Of a DNA stretch of 64,000 nucleotides, positions 1 through 10,265 are shown piece after piece (position 1 is the first letter of the stretch; the number at the start of each line of letters is the position of its first letter). Location: contig NZ_CAJUPR010000002.1 in assembly GCF_910588665.1 (NCBI RefSeq), positions 34,372 through 98,371 of the forward strand, written 5' to 3'. Made by a program: the position numbers and the translations under genes. This stretch comes from an uncultured Brachyspira sp. (GTDB taxonomy: Bacteria; Spirochaetota; Brachyspiria; Brachyspirales; Brachyspiraceae). The notes beneath the pieces are model-generated. The model saw only the letters and a program-made list of their open reading frames with translations. It did not search any database and was not told where the DNA came from.

Positions 1-649
<649 letters not shown>

Positions 650-810
650 ACTTCGTGAATCTGAAATGATTCTTTAGTTTTACTATTCTATCAAATAGTG
701 ATTTACTTAACTTAAAAGAAATGTTACAAAATTGTAACCGTTGGGTCATAGAACTAATTAAAGTTCATTACACCAGTTGTGTTTTTTCTTAAATTGCTTC
801 TGCTATCCAT

Positions 811-900
811 ATTTCAAAGAACTTTTATTCCAGCTGATATTTTATTTTTGTTTCTCATCAACTGTTTTATTATCATAGCATACAAAATAAAAAAACTCAA
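811..900 (-). promoter_or_regulatory. Sigma70-type rRNA promoter and boxA-like antiterminator
   Basis: The minus strand reads TTGAGT(900-895)-17 nt-TATGAT(877-872) with a TGn extension. A boxA-like GTTCTTTGAAAT lies at 822-811 in the leader. Confidence 0.65.
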
Positions 901-1275
901 TACTCTCTAAAAGAGTTTTATATATTTTTTATATGTTTTTTATTAAAAATACAGTATTGTAAAACATACAATACATATTTTATCCTAATTATAATTATAT
1001 ATATATTTTTATTATAAAAAACAAAGCTCATTGATATAATATAATCAAATTTATACAGATTTTTTAAGCTTTTTTTGATAAATTCAAGTAAAATTATACG
1101 GCTGAATTAAAAAATCAAAGAATATTTATTTAAATATATATAAAAATAAAATTAATAAAAACTAAACCGATAAAATATATAAATAAAGACTCAATTAAAA
1201 CATATAATTTTTTAATTGCTTGATTTTATATTCATTTAGATATATTATATAAGTCTATAATATCGGAGCTTAATT

Positions 1276-2016
1276 TTGGAAAATATATTAGATATAATAA
1301 ATAAAGCGCAATTGAAAACAATAGATAAAGATACTTTTTTATCAATAGCCTCAATATGTTCTTTTATTCCTAAGTCCGTCACGGAAAATAATATTTGGAA
1401 AAAACTGCCTTCTTCAGCCAAAGAGGTATACAGAACATTGGTAGCTAATTATGATTATGAATTGGGAATCGCTAAAACAACTCATTCTCAGATACTTAAT
1501 GAAGCAGGTATAGGAGGAAATGCCACAATAGTAAAATCGTTGGATGTGCTTGAGGAAAAAGGATTTATAACCAGAGTAGAATCTAAGGCAAAAAGCCATC
1601 ATTATCTTATGCCGCATCAGGAAAAATTTTATTCAGCTGTATGCCGTTTTGAAACGAGAGTTTTTTCTGTGCTTTATACTATAAATAAAAAAAATAAAAA
1701 AGATACTCAGGTTAAGCAGGTTACCAATAAGCTTTTCTTTAAGGTTTGTTATAATTTAAGCTGTTTGGGTATAGATGAACCTCAGAAGTTAATAGATAAA
1801 TATGCTTCAGACGGAAATAAGCTTAGAATAATTTTGTCTATGTGCAATTATATTTATATAGCCAAAGAAAAAAAATTAAATAATGATATAAATTTAAATA
1901 AATATCTAATAGATTCATTGAAAAAAGGAAATATAACAGAAAATATATTTGATGATAACACAATGAATATTATAAAAAATATATTAATAAATAGAAAACA
2001 AAATATGACAGAGTAA
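1276..2016 (+). CDS. Winged-HTH DNA-binding protein, replication-initiator/DnaD-like architecture
   Basis: TTG start after GGAG. LPSSAKEVYRTL...TTHSQILNEAGIG...TIVKSLDVLEEKGFITR fits an HTH_36-type wHTH, followed by a helical C-terminal domain. Confidence 0.6.
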   Translation: MENILDIINKAQLKTIDKDTFLSIASICSFIPKSVTENNIWKKLPSSAKEVYRTLVANYDYELGIAKTTHSQILNEAGIGGNATIVKSLDVLEEKGFITRVESKAKSHHYLMPHQEKFYSAVCRFETRVFSVLYTINKKNKKDTQVKQVTNKLFFKVCYNLSCLGIDEPQKLIDKYASDGNKLRIILSMCNYIYIAKEKKLNNDINLNKYLIDSLKKGNITENIFDDNTMNIIKNILINRKQNMTE

Positions 2017-2020
2017 AATT

Positions 2021-4069
2021 ATGGCAACAAAAAAAAACAATACAACGGATAAAAAAGAAGATACTGTAAAAAAAACAGTAAGAAAAAAAACCGCAGATAC
2101 TAACAAAAAAACTTCTGCTAAGGCAGATAAAAAAGAAGATACTGTAAAAAAAACAGTAAGAAAGAAAACCGCAGATACTAACAAAAAAACTTCTGCTAAG
2201 GCAGATAAAAAAGAAGATTCCATTAAAAAAACTGCAGAAAAATCAGATACTAATAAAAAAAACTCTGATATAAAAATATTGGAAGAAAAAACAGAGATGA
2301 AGTCTCTTAAAGATGAAAAAAAAGAAAATTCTATTAAAAAAACAGACGGCAGAAATATAGTTTTAAAAACTTCAAGTCCTATCAGAAAAATAGAATCTAT
2401 TAAAACTGAAAGAAACGAAAATAAAACCGAAAGAGAATCTATAACGCTTCTTAAAGAGGCTATAAAAGCTAAGTCCAAAAATGTATCAAAACCTGTAACG
2501 GTAAAAAAACGCATAGCTGTGGCAGATGATAATAATCTAAATGATATTAATGCAAAAAGCACTCCTGTTAATGATTCAAATAATAAAGCAGATGAAAAAA
2601 AAGATGATATTTCTGTATTGAACAATGATGCGGCAGAATATATAAAAGATGAAAATAATACAGATGCTCCTATTTCTTCAGCAATAGTAAGCGATGAGAA
2701 TACCTCAGTATATTCTTTTGAAACATTTAAAGAAAATGATATTAAAGAAGAACTTAAAACAGAAAATAATGTTGCTCCTAATACGGACTTTAATAATAAA
2801 GAAGATAATAATATAAATACTGAATCAATTATTGAAGAAAATAGGGAAAATGAAGAAAACATTGAGTACATTGAAGAAAATAATATTCAGAAAGAAAAAA
2901 ACGATATATCGGAAGAAAATCTGTATATAGAAAAAACTGAAGAAAATTTTATAGAAGAAGAGACTGATAGCATTACAGAAGAACATATTACAGAAGAGAA
3001 ATCAGATCTTAAAGAAGAAACTACTGAAGAAAAAGCCATATACAGCAAAAGCGATATTTTTAAAAGAACCGTTATTATACCAAATAATGATGATCATATT
3101 CAAAAGTACAAATTTAATCAGGAAGAAATAGATAATGCCATAAAAGACGCTCCCTTAATACATGAAGACACTTCTATAGAAAATTATCAAAATTATTCTA
3201 AGCCTCATTATTATGAGGATAATCAGAAAATACAGGAATTAAAAGACAAAGATATAAAAATAATAGAAACTCAAGATAAATTAAAAACCCATTACTTACC
3301 TGAAATAGAAAAAAAACCTGCAGAACCGTATATTGCTCCAAATCATTCTATAGAAAATAATAAAAAATCTAATAAAATTGTGCCTATAATAGCCATTATA
3401 ATCATAATATTGGGTTTATCATTTTTAGCAATTCAATTCTTTTCAGGAAAAAATAACGAAGCTGATGATGGATTTTATGAAATAGTTACAAATGAAAACC
3501 CTGCTGATAACTATTTATCAGATACCAATAGTTTAACATCAAATAATATTACAAATAACAGCAGCAATACTATAATAATACCTCAAGCTACTAATACAGT
3601 TAGTACTAATACAGTAAGACCTCAGACTAATAATATAGTCAATATCAATGCGGCGAGTCCTCAGACTAACAATACAGTCAATACCAATGCAGTGAGACCT
3701 CAGACTAATAATACATTAAGCACCAGCACATCGGCATTCGAAACAATACAAAATAATAACACGGATATTTATAAAACAAAATGGACAGATACATTATCAT
3801 CAATAGCAACTTCAGAACTTGGGGACGGAAAAAGATGGCCTTCCATAGCTGTATTAAATGAAAATATAATAAATAATCCAGATAATATAGTTTTTAATAT
3901 GGATATAAAAATTCCTAAAGCAGAAAAAAAAAAATTGGAAGATATGAGCAGCGATGAAAAAAAAGCTTTATATAATGACTATATAAAAGTGGCAGAAATA
4001 TATTTAAAAATAGGAAAGGAAAATCTTGCAAATTCAATAAAATCTCAGGCAGATTCCATATTAAAATAA
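2021..4069 (+). CDS. Bitopic membrane protein: Lys-rich repeats, acidic region, one TM helix, N/T-rich linker, C-terminal LysM
   Basis: TM segment IVPIIAIIIIILGLSFLAIQFF. LysM-like YKTKWTDTLSSIA...LGDGKRWPSIAVLN...NPDNIVFNMDIKIP. Confidence 0.8.
   Translation: MATKKNNTTDKKEDTVKKTVRKKTADTNKKTSAKADKKEDTVKKTVRKKTADTNKKTSAKADKKEDSIKKTAEKSDTNKKNSDIKILEEKTEMKSLKDEKKENSIKKTDGRNIVLKTSSPIRKIESIKTERNENKTERESITLLKEAIKAKSKNVSKPVTVKKRIAVADDNNLNDINAKSTPVNDSNNKADEKKDDISVLNNDAAEYIKDENNTDAPISSAIVSDENTSVYSFETFKENDIKEELKTENNVAPNTDFNNKEDNNINTESIIEENRENEENIEYIEENNIQKEKNDISEENLYIEKTEENFIEEETDSITEEHITEEKSDLKEETTEEKAIYSKSDIFKRTVIIPNNDDHIQKYKFNQEEIDNAIKDAPLIHEDTSIENYQNYSKPHYYEDNQKIQELKDKDIKIIETQDKLKTHYLPEIEKKPAEPYIAPNHSIENNKKSNKIVPIIAIIIIILGLSFLAIQFFSGKNNEADDGFYEIVTNENPADNYLSDTNSLTSNNITNNSSNTIIIPQATNTVSTNTVRPQTNNIVNINAASPQTNNTVNTNAVRPQTNNTLSTSTSAFETIQNNNTDIYKTKWTDTLSSIATSELGDGKRWPSIAVLNENIINNPDNIVFNMDIKIPKAEKKKLEDMSSDEKKALYNDYIKVAEIYLKIGKENLANSIKSQADSILK
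2048..2260 (+). repeat. 78-bp coding tandem repeat (DKKEDTVKKTVRKKTADTNKKTSAKA), 2 near-exact copies plus 1 degenerate
   Basis: Units start at 2048, 2126 and 2204. Confidence 0.95.
3581..3736 (+). repeat. 39-bp coding tandem repeat (PQTNNTVNTNAVR-like), about 4 degenerate copies
   Basis: CCTCAR starts at 3581, 3620, 3659 and 3698. Confidence 0.85.
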
Positions 4070-4077
4070 ATATAATT

Positions 4078-4467
4078 ATGAAAAAATCAGTAAAATCAAA
4101 TAGAAAAAATAAAAACTCTATATTAATATTTTCATGTACATTATGCGGCGTATGCTGCAAAGAAAAAGGATATGTATTTTTTACAGACGATGATATAAAA
4201 AGAGCGTCAAAATTGTTAGAAATATCTCCGCTAATTTTTATAAATCAATATTTAGATTATGAAGAAGGCTACGGATATCATATAAAAGTAGCAAGCGATA
4301 AGCCCTGCACTTTTCTAGATAAAAATAATAAATGCGGGATTAACATAGAAAAACCAAATCAGTGCTCCACCTATCCGTACTGGAATGAGTATACCGATAA
4401 AAACGGAAATTTAATAGCAGACAAGTTTAATAGAAACTGTCATGGGGTTAAATTAAAAAAATTATAA
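4078..4467 (+). CDS. YkgJ-family CxxCxxCC cysteine-cluster (Fe-S/Zn) protein
   Basis: FSCTLCGVCC...PCTFLD...C...KPNQCSTYPYW motif pattern. Confidence 0.9.
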   Translation: MKKSVKSNRKNKNSILIFSCTLCGVCCKEKGYVFFTDDDIKRASKLLEISPLIFINQYLDYEEGYGYHIKVASDKPCTFLDKNNKCGINIEKPNQCSTYPYWNEYTDKNGNLIADKFNRNCHGVKLKKL

Positions 4468-4478
4468 TTTCTTATTAT

Positions 4479-4552
4479 TGCTAATAAAAATTGTTCGCTT
4501 AAAGTTTCTGTCATTCTTGCGAATGCCAGAAGCTCGCAATTTTTATAATTTA
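4479..4552 (+). repeat. Dispersed 74-bp stem-loop repeat (module A, copy 1)
   Basis: 71/74 identical to the reverse complement of 38277-38350. It has terminal IRs ataaaaattg/caatttttat and an inner hairpin ttctgtcattc-ttgc-gaatgccagaa. Confidence 0.9.
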
Positions 4553-4649
4553 ATCTTAACAATATTTAAAAATTATAATTTTTCTTATTTCATTTTTTAA
4601 AAAAATATTATATAATTGAACAAATTTTTTATTTTTGGAAATACTGATA

Positions 4650-6095
4650 ATGAATAATGATTTAACATCAAAATATGAAATTCTAACTGCTAAAGAGCTT
4701 AAATATATAAAAGACCAATTAGTTATGCATAATATACCGTTATTTAGATTAGATAAAGAAAAAAAACTTATTGCATTTCCAACAGAACAGCTTAGCTTAA
4801 TAATAGATAATGAAAAATACAGCAATTTAAAAATATATACTCCTAAAAACTTCTCAATATTTATAGAAGAATTCAAATCAATAACTCAAACCTCTGGTAC
4901 AGAAGATGATTCATCTCATTATGTATTCAGAACCCCGAAAGAATCAGAAAAAGAGATGGGTAAAAGAATATCCGAAATCTCTAAAATGACATATAAAGAA
5001 AAAGTTAATACAATAGAAGCCTATAATAAAGAATTACAGAATATACAAATAGATAGAGAAAATGGAATAAGCAAAAACACAGCTCAGCAAATAGTTAATG
5101 TAGGAAATGATGTAGGACTTATAGCAAAAGTTACAATGTTTGAAAGCATACAAAAAATTAAAGGCGAAGAAATCACTCAGGAACATGCTAAAATAGAAAA
5201 TCAGGAAATTACAGAAACTACAAAAAATATTGTTACAACAATAGTAGATATGCTCTCCGCCAATACCGAAACACAGAAGGTATTTGATGAACTTAATCAT
5301 TACTCGGACGGCGGAATAATGGCTCATTCCAACAGAGTATTTATATCTTATGTTAATTTTATGGTATTTTATAATAATTTGATAAACAGAAGACATTTAG
5401 TACATAAAATAAGAACATCATATACAAATAAATATAAAAAATTCTATGAACAGATAGAAACCGTATTTAATAAAAGCAGTATATGTAAAAGCTTATTAAC
5501 ATTAGAAGACTGTATTGATAAAGGAATTAAGATAATAGAAGAAAGAGATATGAAGCTTTATTCTGTAGGCGCTTTGCTTCATGATATAGGTAAGGTAAAA
5601 GATTTAGATTATTTTGAAGGCGCAAATGGAAGAGATTATGAAAGAATAAAGAATCATTTATTTAACAGCTATGCTTTAGTAAGTCAGACTTCGGAATATC
5701 CACTTGAAGTTATATTAACTGTAGCTTTGCATCATGAATACTACGGATTGGGCTACGGTCCTTATGAAAATCTGTATAAATTAAAATTAAAAAAACACCC
5801 CGATTTTAAAATACAAAGAATTATAACTTATGATGCTAAAGCCATAGACGAATGCGAGGCTTTTGCTTATTTTCCTGCTAAAATGCTTGAAATTATAGAT
5901 GTATATGATGCTTTAATAGATCCTGCAAGAAAATACAAGGGCGGAAAAACATTCACTCCTGAAAAAGCTCTGAATATTATGAAAGAAGATTTTATAGAAA
6001 AACATATTAAGCTTGATCCTATATTATATGATGTGTTTGTAGAGTTTTTAAGCAATTCAATAGAACAGGATTTAATGTCATGCAAACTAACATAA
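4650..6095 (+). CDS. HD-GYP-like metal-dependent phosphohydrolase
   Basis: AHSNRV, LLHDIGK, LHHEYYGLGYGP and IIDVYDAL...RKYK motifs. ATG 4650 is preferred over TTG 4635. Confidence 0.85.
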   Translation: MNNDLTSKYEILTAKELKYIKDQLVMHNIPLFRLDKEKKLIAFPTEQLSLIIDNEKYSNLKIYTPKNFSIFIEEFKSITQTSGTEDDSSHYVFRTPKESEKEMGKRISEISKMTYKEKVNTIEAYNKELQNIQIDRENGISKNTAQQIVNVGNDVGLIAKVTMFESIQKIKGEEITQEHAKIENQEITETTKNIVTTIVDMLSANTETQKVFDELNHYSDGGIMAHSNRVFISYVNFMVFYNNLINRRHLVHKIRTSYTNKYKKFYEQIETVFNKSSICKSLLTLEDCIDKGIKIIEERDMKLYSVGALLHDIGKVKDLDYFEGANGRDYERIKNHLFNSYALVSQTSEYPLEVILTVALHHEYYGLGYGPYENLYKLKLKKHPDFKIQRIITYDAKAIDECEAFAYFPAKMLEIIDVYDALIDPARKYKGGKTFTPEKALNIMKEDFIEKHIKLDPILYDVFVEFLSNSIEQDLMSCKLT

Positions 6096-6680
6096 TCAAT
6101 TATTAGTATTATTATACTGAAGTTCTTCTAATTTTTCCATTGCATTTCTGAAAGAGCTGAATATTTCTTTCCAATTACTTGTATATAATGCGGATATGCC
6201 TATATCTTCATAATCGTTTTCACCGAATTGATTTACAAAATTAAATCTTATATTTGATATGGATTTATCTGCAAAACTGTTAAATTCATTATCCTGATTA
6301 AATTTATATCTTACTTCCACATCATAATAATTGATATCTCCCATTAAATATTTATTATAAATTACCTTCTGTATATTTGTTAATTGAGCTGTACTTCCGT
6401 CTTCAAATGTAAATATTATAGGAGTGCCGATATTTACAAATAATGGGTTAGGATATCTATATCTGAATTCCAATGTTAAAGTTTTTCCCGCTCTTTTATA
6501 AAATCTGAATCTATTATCTCTTAAATATTTATATGTTTCTTTCCAAGATGTATATATATTTATTTTAGAAGTTAATTTATCCTTCTCAGTAAAAAAGAAT
6601 CCTCTCTTTAATTCGTCCGAATATAAAAAAGATGCGCTTAATAGTATAAAAAATGAAATTAATAATATATATCTATTCAT
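6096..6680 (-). CDS. Hypothetical exported protein
   Basis: 194-aa ORF with an N-terminal signal peptide. No family recognised. Confidence 0.75.
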   Translation of the reverse strand: MNRYILLISFFILLSASFLYSDELKRGFFFTEKDKLTSKINIYTSWKETYKYLRDNRFRFYKRAGKTLTLEFRYRYPNPLFVNIGTPIIFTFEDGSTAQLTNIQKVIYNKYLMGDINYYDVEVRYKFNQDNEFNSFADKSISNIRFNFVNQFGENDYEDIGISALYTSNWKEIFSSFRNAMEKLEELQYNNTNN

Positions 6681-6790
6681 TTTAATTTTCCTTATAAGTT
6701 ATTTATTATTAATAAATACGGAATTTAAATTTTAAAATTAAATATCAGGAAATATTTTTTAAGCCAATCAGTAAATTATATATGCATATA

Positions 6791-6817
6791 AAAAAGAGGA
6801 GATTTAATCCCCTCTTA
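6791..6817 (-). terminator. Intrinsic terminator
   Basis: Minus strand AAGAGGGGA-TTAAA-TCTCCTCTT followed by Ts, just after the stop at 6823. Confidence 0.75.
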
Positions 6818-6822
6818 AATAT

Positions 6823-9093
6823 TTAATTATCTTTTATTTTTTCATCTTCCGATTTTTTATCTTCATCGTCTTTAACTAAAGCGGGCGTCTCCTCCTGCTT
6901 AGGCTTAGCCCTTAAAGAATTAAGCAAAGTATAAGCTACAGCAACATTCTCCTCCCCTAAAGAAGAGGCAACTCTAAAAGAAATAAGCGAAGAATATCTG
7001 CTTCTTCCATAAGCATATCTGAAGCCTATCTCAGCAGCTTCTCCAGCATCTATATCTAGAGTTTCTCTGTCAAGCACTATTGCAGACAGAGCCTGAGACA
7101 GATCAGTTTTAATAGTAACATTATTCTGCTTTTTTGAAGTTCTATTAACTATTGTAAGAACTCCTGTTCTGTTTCTTTCATCTAATTTAACAGAAACATT
7201 AAACGGATTTTCAGAATATTTTTCTTCTATTCTTGACACTATAGAGGCATTAATATTAGCCCATTCTCTTATATTGTTTCCTGAACCTCTGAATTTAGAC
7301 CATAACATTCTGGATATATCATGAAAAAATACACCCCTTATTCTGCTGCTTCTGTTAAACTTAGCCTCCGATTCATATACTCTTCTCATATACTCAAGTT
7401 CTGGTCTTAAGCTTCCGTCCTGAAGTCTGTTATCTATCATATTTCCAACTAGCACATTGTATTCGCCTGATAAGTACTGGGGCCAAGCTGAAAGCATACT
7501 GACATGCTGAGGACGGCTGGCTTCATATATCATAACAGCATCATAATCTATGCCTGCATCAAAAAACATATAAGGATCCTGCCCATGCTCCTGACCATGA
7601 TTCCAGCCCAAAGTAAATGCCCATAATTTTTTTCTTATTCCTGAATCTTTTATTTCTTTTATTATCAAAGCTTCTTTATGAGCTCTGAACCATCTCCATT
7701 TCATACCTATTTCTTTTCTTCCTCTGTTTACGGCAAGCCAGCGCATACGGGCGGCTTTACTCATAGTAGACCAATTAGCGGGAACATAAACACCTGTAAG
7801 CTCCACCATTTCATCAACCATTTCATATCCATCAACTTCCCCTGTTCTTATAAAATCAAGACCGATACATGATATATTAGGATTGGCATCGTATCTTTTT
7901 AATATATCTATAATATCACGCACTCTTTTACTATCCGCCAAAGATATATGCCTGCTCTCTACAAGGCTTTGAGTAGCAGAATTATACCCTATAGAAACTT
8001 CATAACCGCCTTTTCTAGCACCGCCTCCTGCTGCAAAATAACTCATAACATAAGCACCAAGCTCTACATTTCCTTTCGCTTTGCTTGAGGCAAGATTTTC
8101 TATATTTTTAATCATATCCTTAGCCCAAGGTTCTTCGGGAGTAATTCCGCCTGTCCAGCCTGTAGTCTGTCCGCCTATAGCCCAGAACATATCGCATTTC
8201 ATATATCTGATCCAATCATATATAGCGTCATAAGTAGAAGGCTCTCCTGTTTCCACGCTAGGAATTTTTTTAGTAGTTAAATCTACAGCATATTCCAAAG
8301 TAGCTATCTTTTTAGTTTCTTTGGCAGGAGGAGACTGCTTTCCTTTTACTGTAAAATCTTTAGTATAGCCGTAAATACCGTTTTTAGTCTGAACTAATAC
8401 AACCGCCTGATATTCTCCTAAAACTCCTCCGAAAGGATGAAGATAAGTACCTTTATACTCTAAATTCTGAACTTTAAATACATTAATGGTATATTTTTCA
8501 TCTATATTTTTTATTACCGTCTTATCTCTTTTATATCTTACATAAATACTAATATTTTTTACAATATCTTCCGTATATACAGAAGCGTTAATAACTACAG
8601 GTTCATATCTGAACACCGATATTTTTGACAAATCTATTGCTACTCTGGGAGCTTCTCTATTTCTGGAATTCCTTACAGCTAAATCAACAGCTTCGCTTAG
8701 CTTATCTGCAGTTCTATCTGTAGTATTTGCATTAAATACCATAGCAGGAAGCACATTCGGATTAGGCATTTCGCTGCTTAATTCATCATCGCTAAGAAGC
8801 ATATTCTGATTAAAATATTGTATATCGGAATCGGCGCTTATTTCCTCTTCTGTATAAATATCATCTAAATCAACCGACAAATCATAATCATATATAGGCT
8901 TAGCGGCAACTAAAGAAAGAGAATCAGGATTATACATATCTATTCTATGATTTTTTTCAGATTCATTAAAAAGATAATCCGTATCTTCAAGACTTCCGAC
9001 TATAGTCATTCTTTCGCCTATACCAAAAGTAAGAGCGACTAATGATATAGATATAAGCAGTAATATGGTGGTGGCTATTATACTTCTTTTCAT
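6823..9093 (-). CDS. Large exported protein with a possible glycoside-hydrolase-like TIM-barrel domain
   Basis: Signal peptide. IGLDFIRTG and GIDYDAVMIYE resemble GHL10/DUF187-type barrel motifs (weak). Confidence 0.55.
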   Translation of the reverse strand: MKRSIIATTILLLISISLVALTFGIGERMTIVGSLEDTDYLFNESEKNHRIDMYNPDSLSLVAAKPIYDYDLSVDLDDIYTEEEISADSDIQYFNQNMLLSDDELSSEMPNPNVLPAMVFNANTTDRTADKLSEAVDLAVRNSRNREAPRVAIDLSKISVFRYEPVVINASVYTEDIVKNISIYVRYKRDKTVIKNIDEKYTINVFKVQNLEYKGTYLHPFGGVLGEYQAVVLVQTKNGIYGYTKDFTVKGKQSPPAKETKKIATLEYAVDLTTKKIPSVETGEPSTYDAIYDWIRYMKCDMFWAIGGQTTGWTGGITPEEPWAKDMIKNIENLASSKAKGNVELGAYVMSYFAAGGGARKGGYEVSIGYNSATQSLVESRHISLADSKRVRDIIDILKRYDANPNISCIGLDFIRTGEVDGYEMVDEMVELTGVYVPANWSTMSKAARMRWLAVNRGRKEIGMKWRWFRAHKEALIIKEIKDSGIRKKLWAFTLGWNHGQEHGQDPYMFFDAGIDYDAVMIYEASRPQHVSMLSAWPQYLSGEYNVLVGNMIDNRLQDGSLRPELEYMRRVYESEAKFNRSSRIRGVFFHDISRMLWSKFRGSGNNIREWANINASIVSRIEEKYSENPFNVSVKLDERNRTGVLTIVNRTSKKQNNVTIKTDLSQALSAIVLDRETLDIDAGEAAEIGFRYAYGRSRYSSLISFRVASSLGEENVAVAYTLLNSLRAKPKQEETPALVKDDEDKKSEDEKIKDN

Positions 9094-9127
9094 AATATGT
9101 TTATTTCCAATTTATTTTTATTATATT

Positions 9128-10045
9128 TTATCTTTCATGTTTTGAATGTTTAGGATGTTTAGCTATTTGCTTTTTAAGATGCGAAGAATCCACATGCGTA
9201 TAAATTTCAGTTGTTGTAATATCCGAATGACCAAGCATTCTTTGAACAGCTCTTAAATCTGCACCATGCTGTATAAGATGAGTTGCAAAACTATGCCTTA
9301 ATGTATGAGGATAAATATTTTTTTCTATGCCGCTTTTTTTCATAGTTTCTTTTACTATTTTCCAAATACCTACTCTTGAAATTTTATCGCCTCTAAAGTT
9401 TAAAAATAATTCGCTTGTTTTTTTTCCTTTAACCATTATTACTCTGCTTGTCTGAATATATCTTTGCAAAATATCTAAAGCTCTGTCATTAATAGGAACT
9501 ATTCTCTCCTTATTGCCCTTTCCGCATATTTTAAGATATTTGCCTTCAAAAAATATATCATCAATTTTCAGAGAACAAATTTCGCTTACCCTCAAGCCTG
9601 ACGAATACATTAATTCAAATATGGCTTTATCTCTAAGACCTTTATCCGTTTTTTCATTATGCACAGATAAAAGATCATCCACTTCTATAGTTGTGAGAGA
9701 TTCAGGCAATACCCTTTTAAGACGGATAACCTCCAAATTATCTGTAGGATTTTTAGAAATATAATTCTCCATAACTAAAAACTTATAGAGATTAACAATG
9801 CTCACCTTATTCCTTGCCACAGTTCTAGACTTTGATCCCTGCTCCTTTCTCTCGCTTAAAAATTTCTCAATATCCTTTCTTGCGGCTTTTAAAATAGTCT
9901 TTTTATTTCTATTTAAAAAATCAAGATATATTACAATATCTCTTTTATAGGATTCTAAAGTATTTGAAGATAATCCCTTTTCCACCGCTTCATAATTTAG
10001 ATACATTGATAATATTTCTTGATCAGAAACCTGTTTAACTGACAT
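9128..10045 (-). CDS. xerD: Site-specific tyrosine recombinase XerD
   Basis: RDKAIFELMYSSGLRVSE, GKGNKER, HTLRHSFATHL and LGHSDITTTEIYTH give the full R-K-H-R-H-Y set, plus the N-terminal SAM-like domain. Confidence 0.9.
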   Translation of the reverse strand: MSVKQVSDQEILSMYLNYEAVEKGLSSNTLESYKRDIVIYLDFLNRNKKTILKAARKDIEKFLSERKEQGSKSRTVARNKVSIVNLYKFLVMENYISKNPTDNLEVIRLKRVLPESLTTIEVDDLLSVHNEKTDKGLRDKAIFELMYSSGLRVSEICSLKIDDIFFEGKYLKICGKGNKERIVPINDRALDILQRYIQTSRVIMVKGKKTSELFLNFRGDKISRVGIWKIVKETMKKSGIEKNIYPHTLRHSFATHLIQHGADLRAVQRMLGHSDITTTEIYTHVDSSHLKKQIAKHPKHSKHER

Positions 10046-10265
10046 TGAAATCTGCCTCTTAATTTAAGATATAAAATACAAAATTTAACATGATTGAATA
10101 ATCAATCTGAAATCATTATCGGAAAGATTTGATATTTATTTAAACATAATATATTACTTAATAAAAATATTACATTAACTAAACATAAAATTTAAAAGCT
10201 TAAACTAATTTAAAAATAATAAGATAATTATATATTGTAATTATTAAATTTATTTATATGCAGAA

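Noticed and set aside
900..1270. Very AT-rich stretch beside the initiator-like gene as a replication origin
   Set aside because: I found no iterons or DnaA-box cluster, and other intergenic regions in the window look similarly AT-rich.
1984..2871. 295-aa minus-strand ORF rich in F, S and L
   Set aside because: It is the antisense shadow of the K/E-rich repeat region of the LysM protein.
4650..6095. HD domain as a Cas3-like or other defence nuclease
   Set aside because: The motif order (HD, HHE, GY-P, D..DAL, R.YK) fits HD-GYP signalling phosphodiesterases, and there is no cas context.
9128..10045. Tyrosine recombinase as a prophage or integron integrase
   Set aside because: Size and motifs fit housekeeping XerD. 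There is no IntI-type insertion and no phage genes or att sites nearby.
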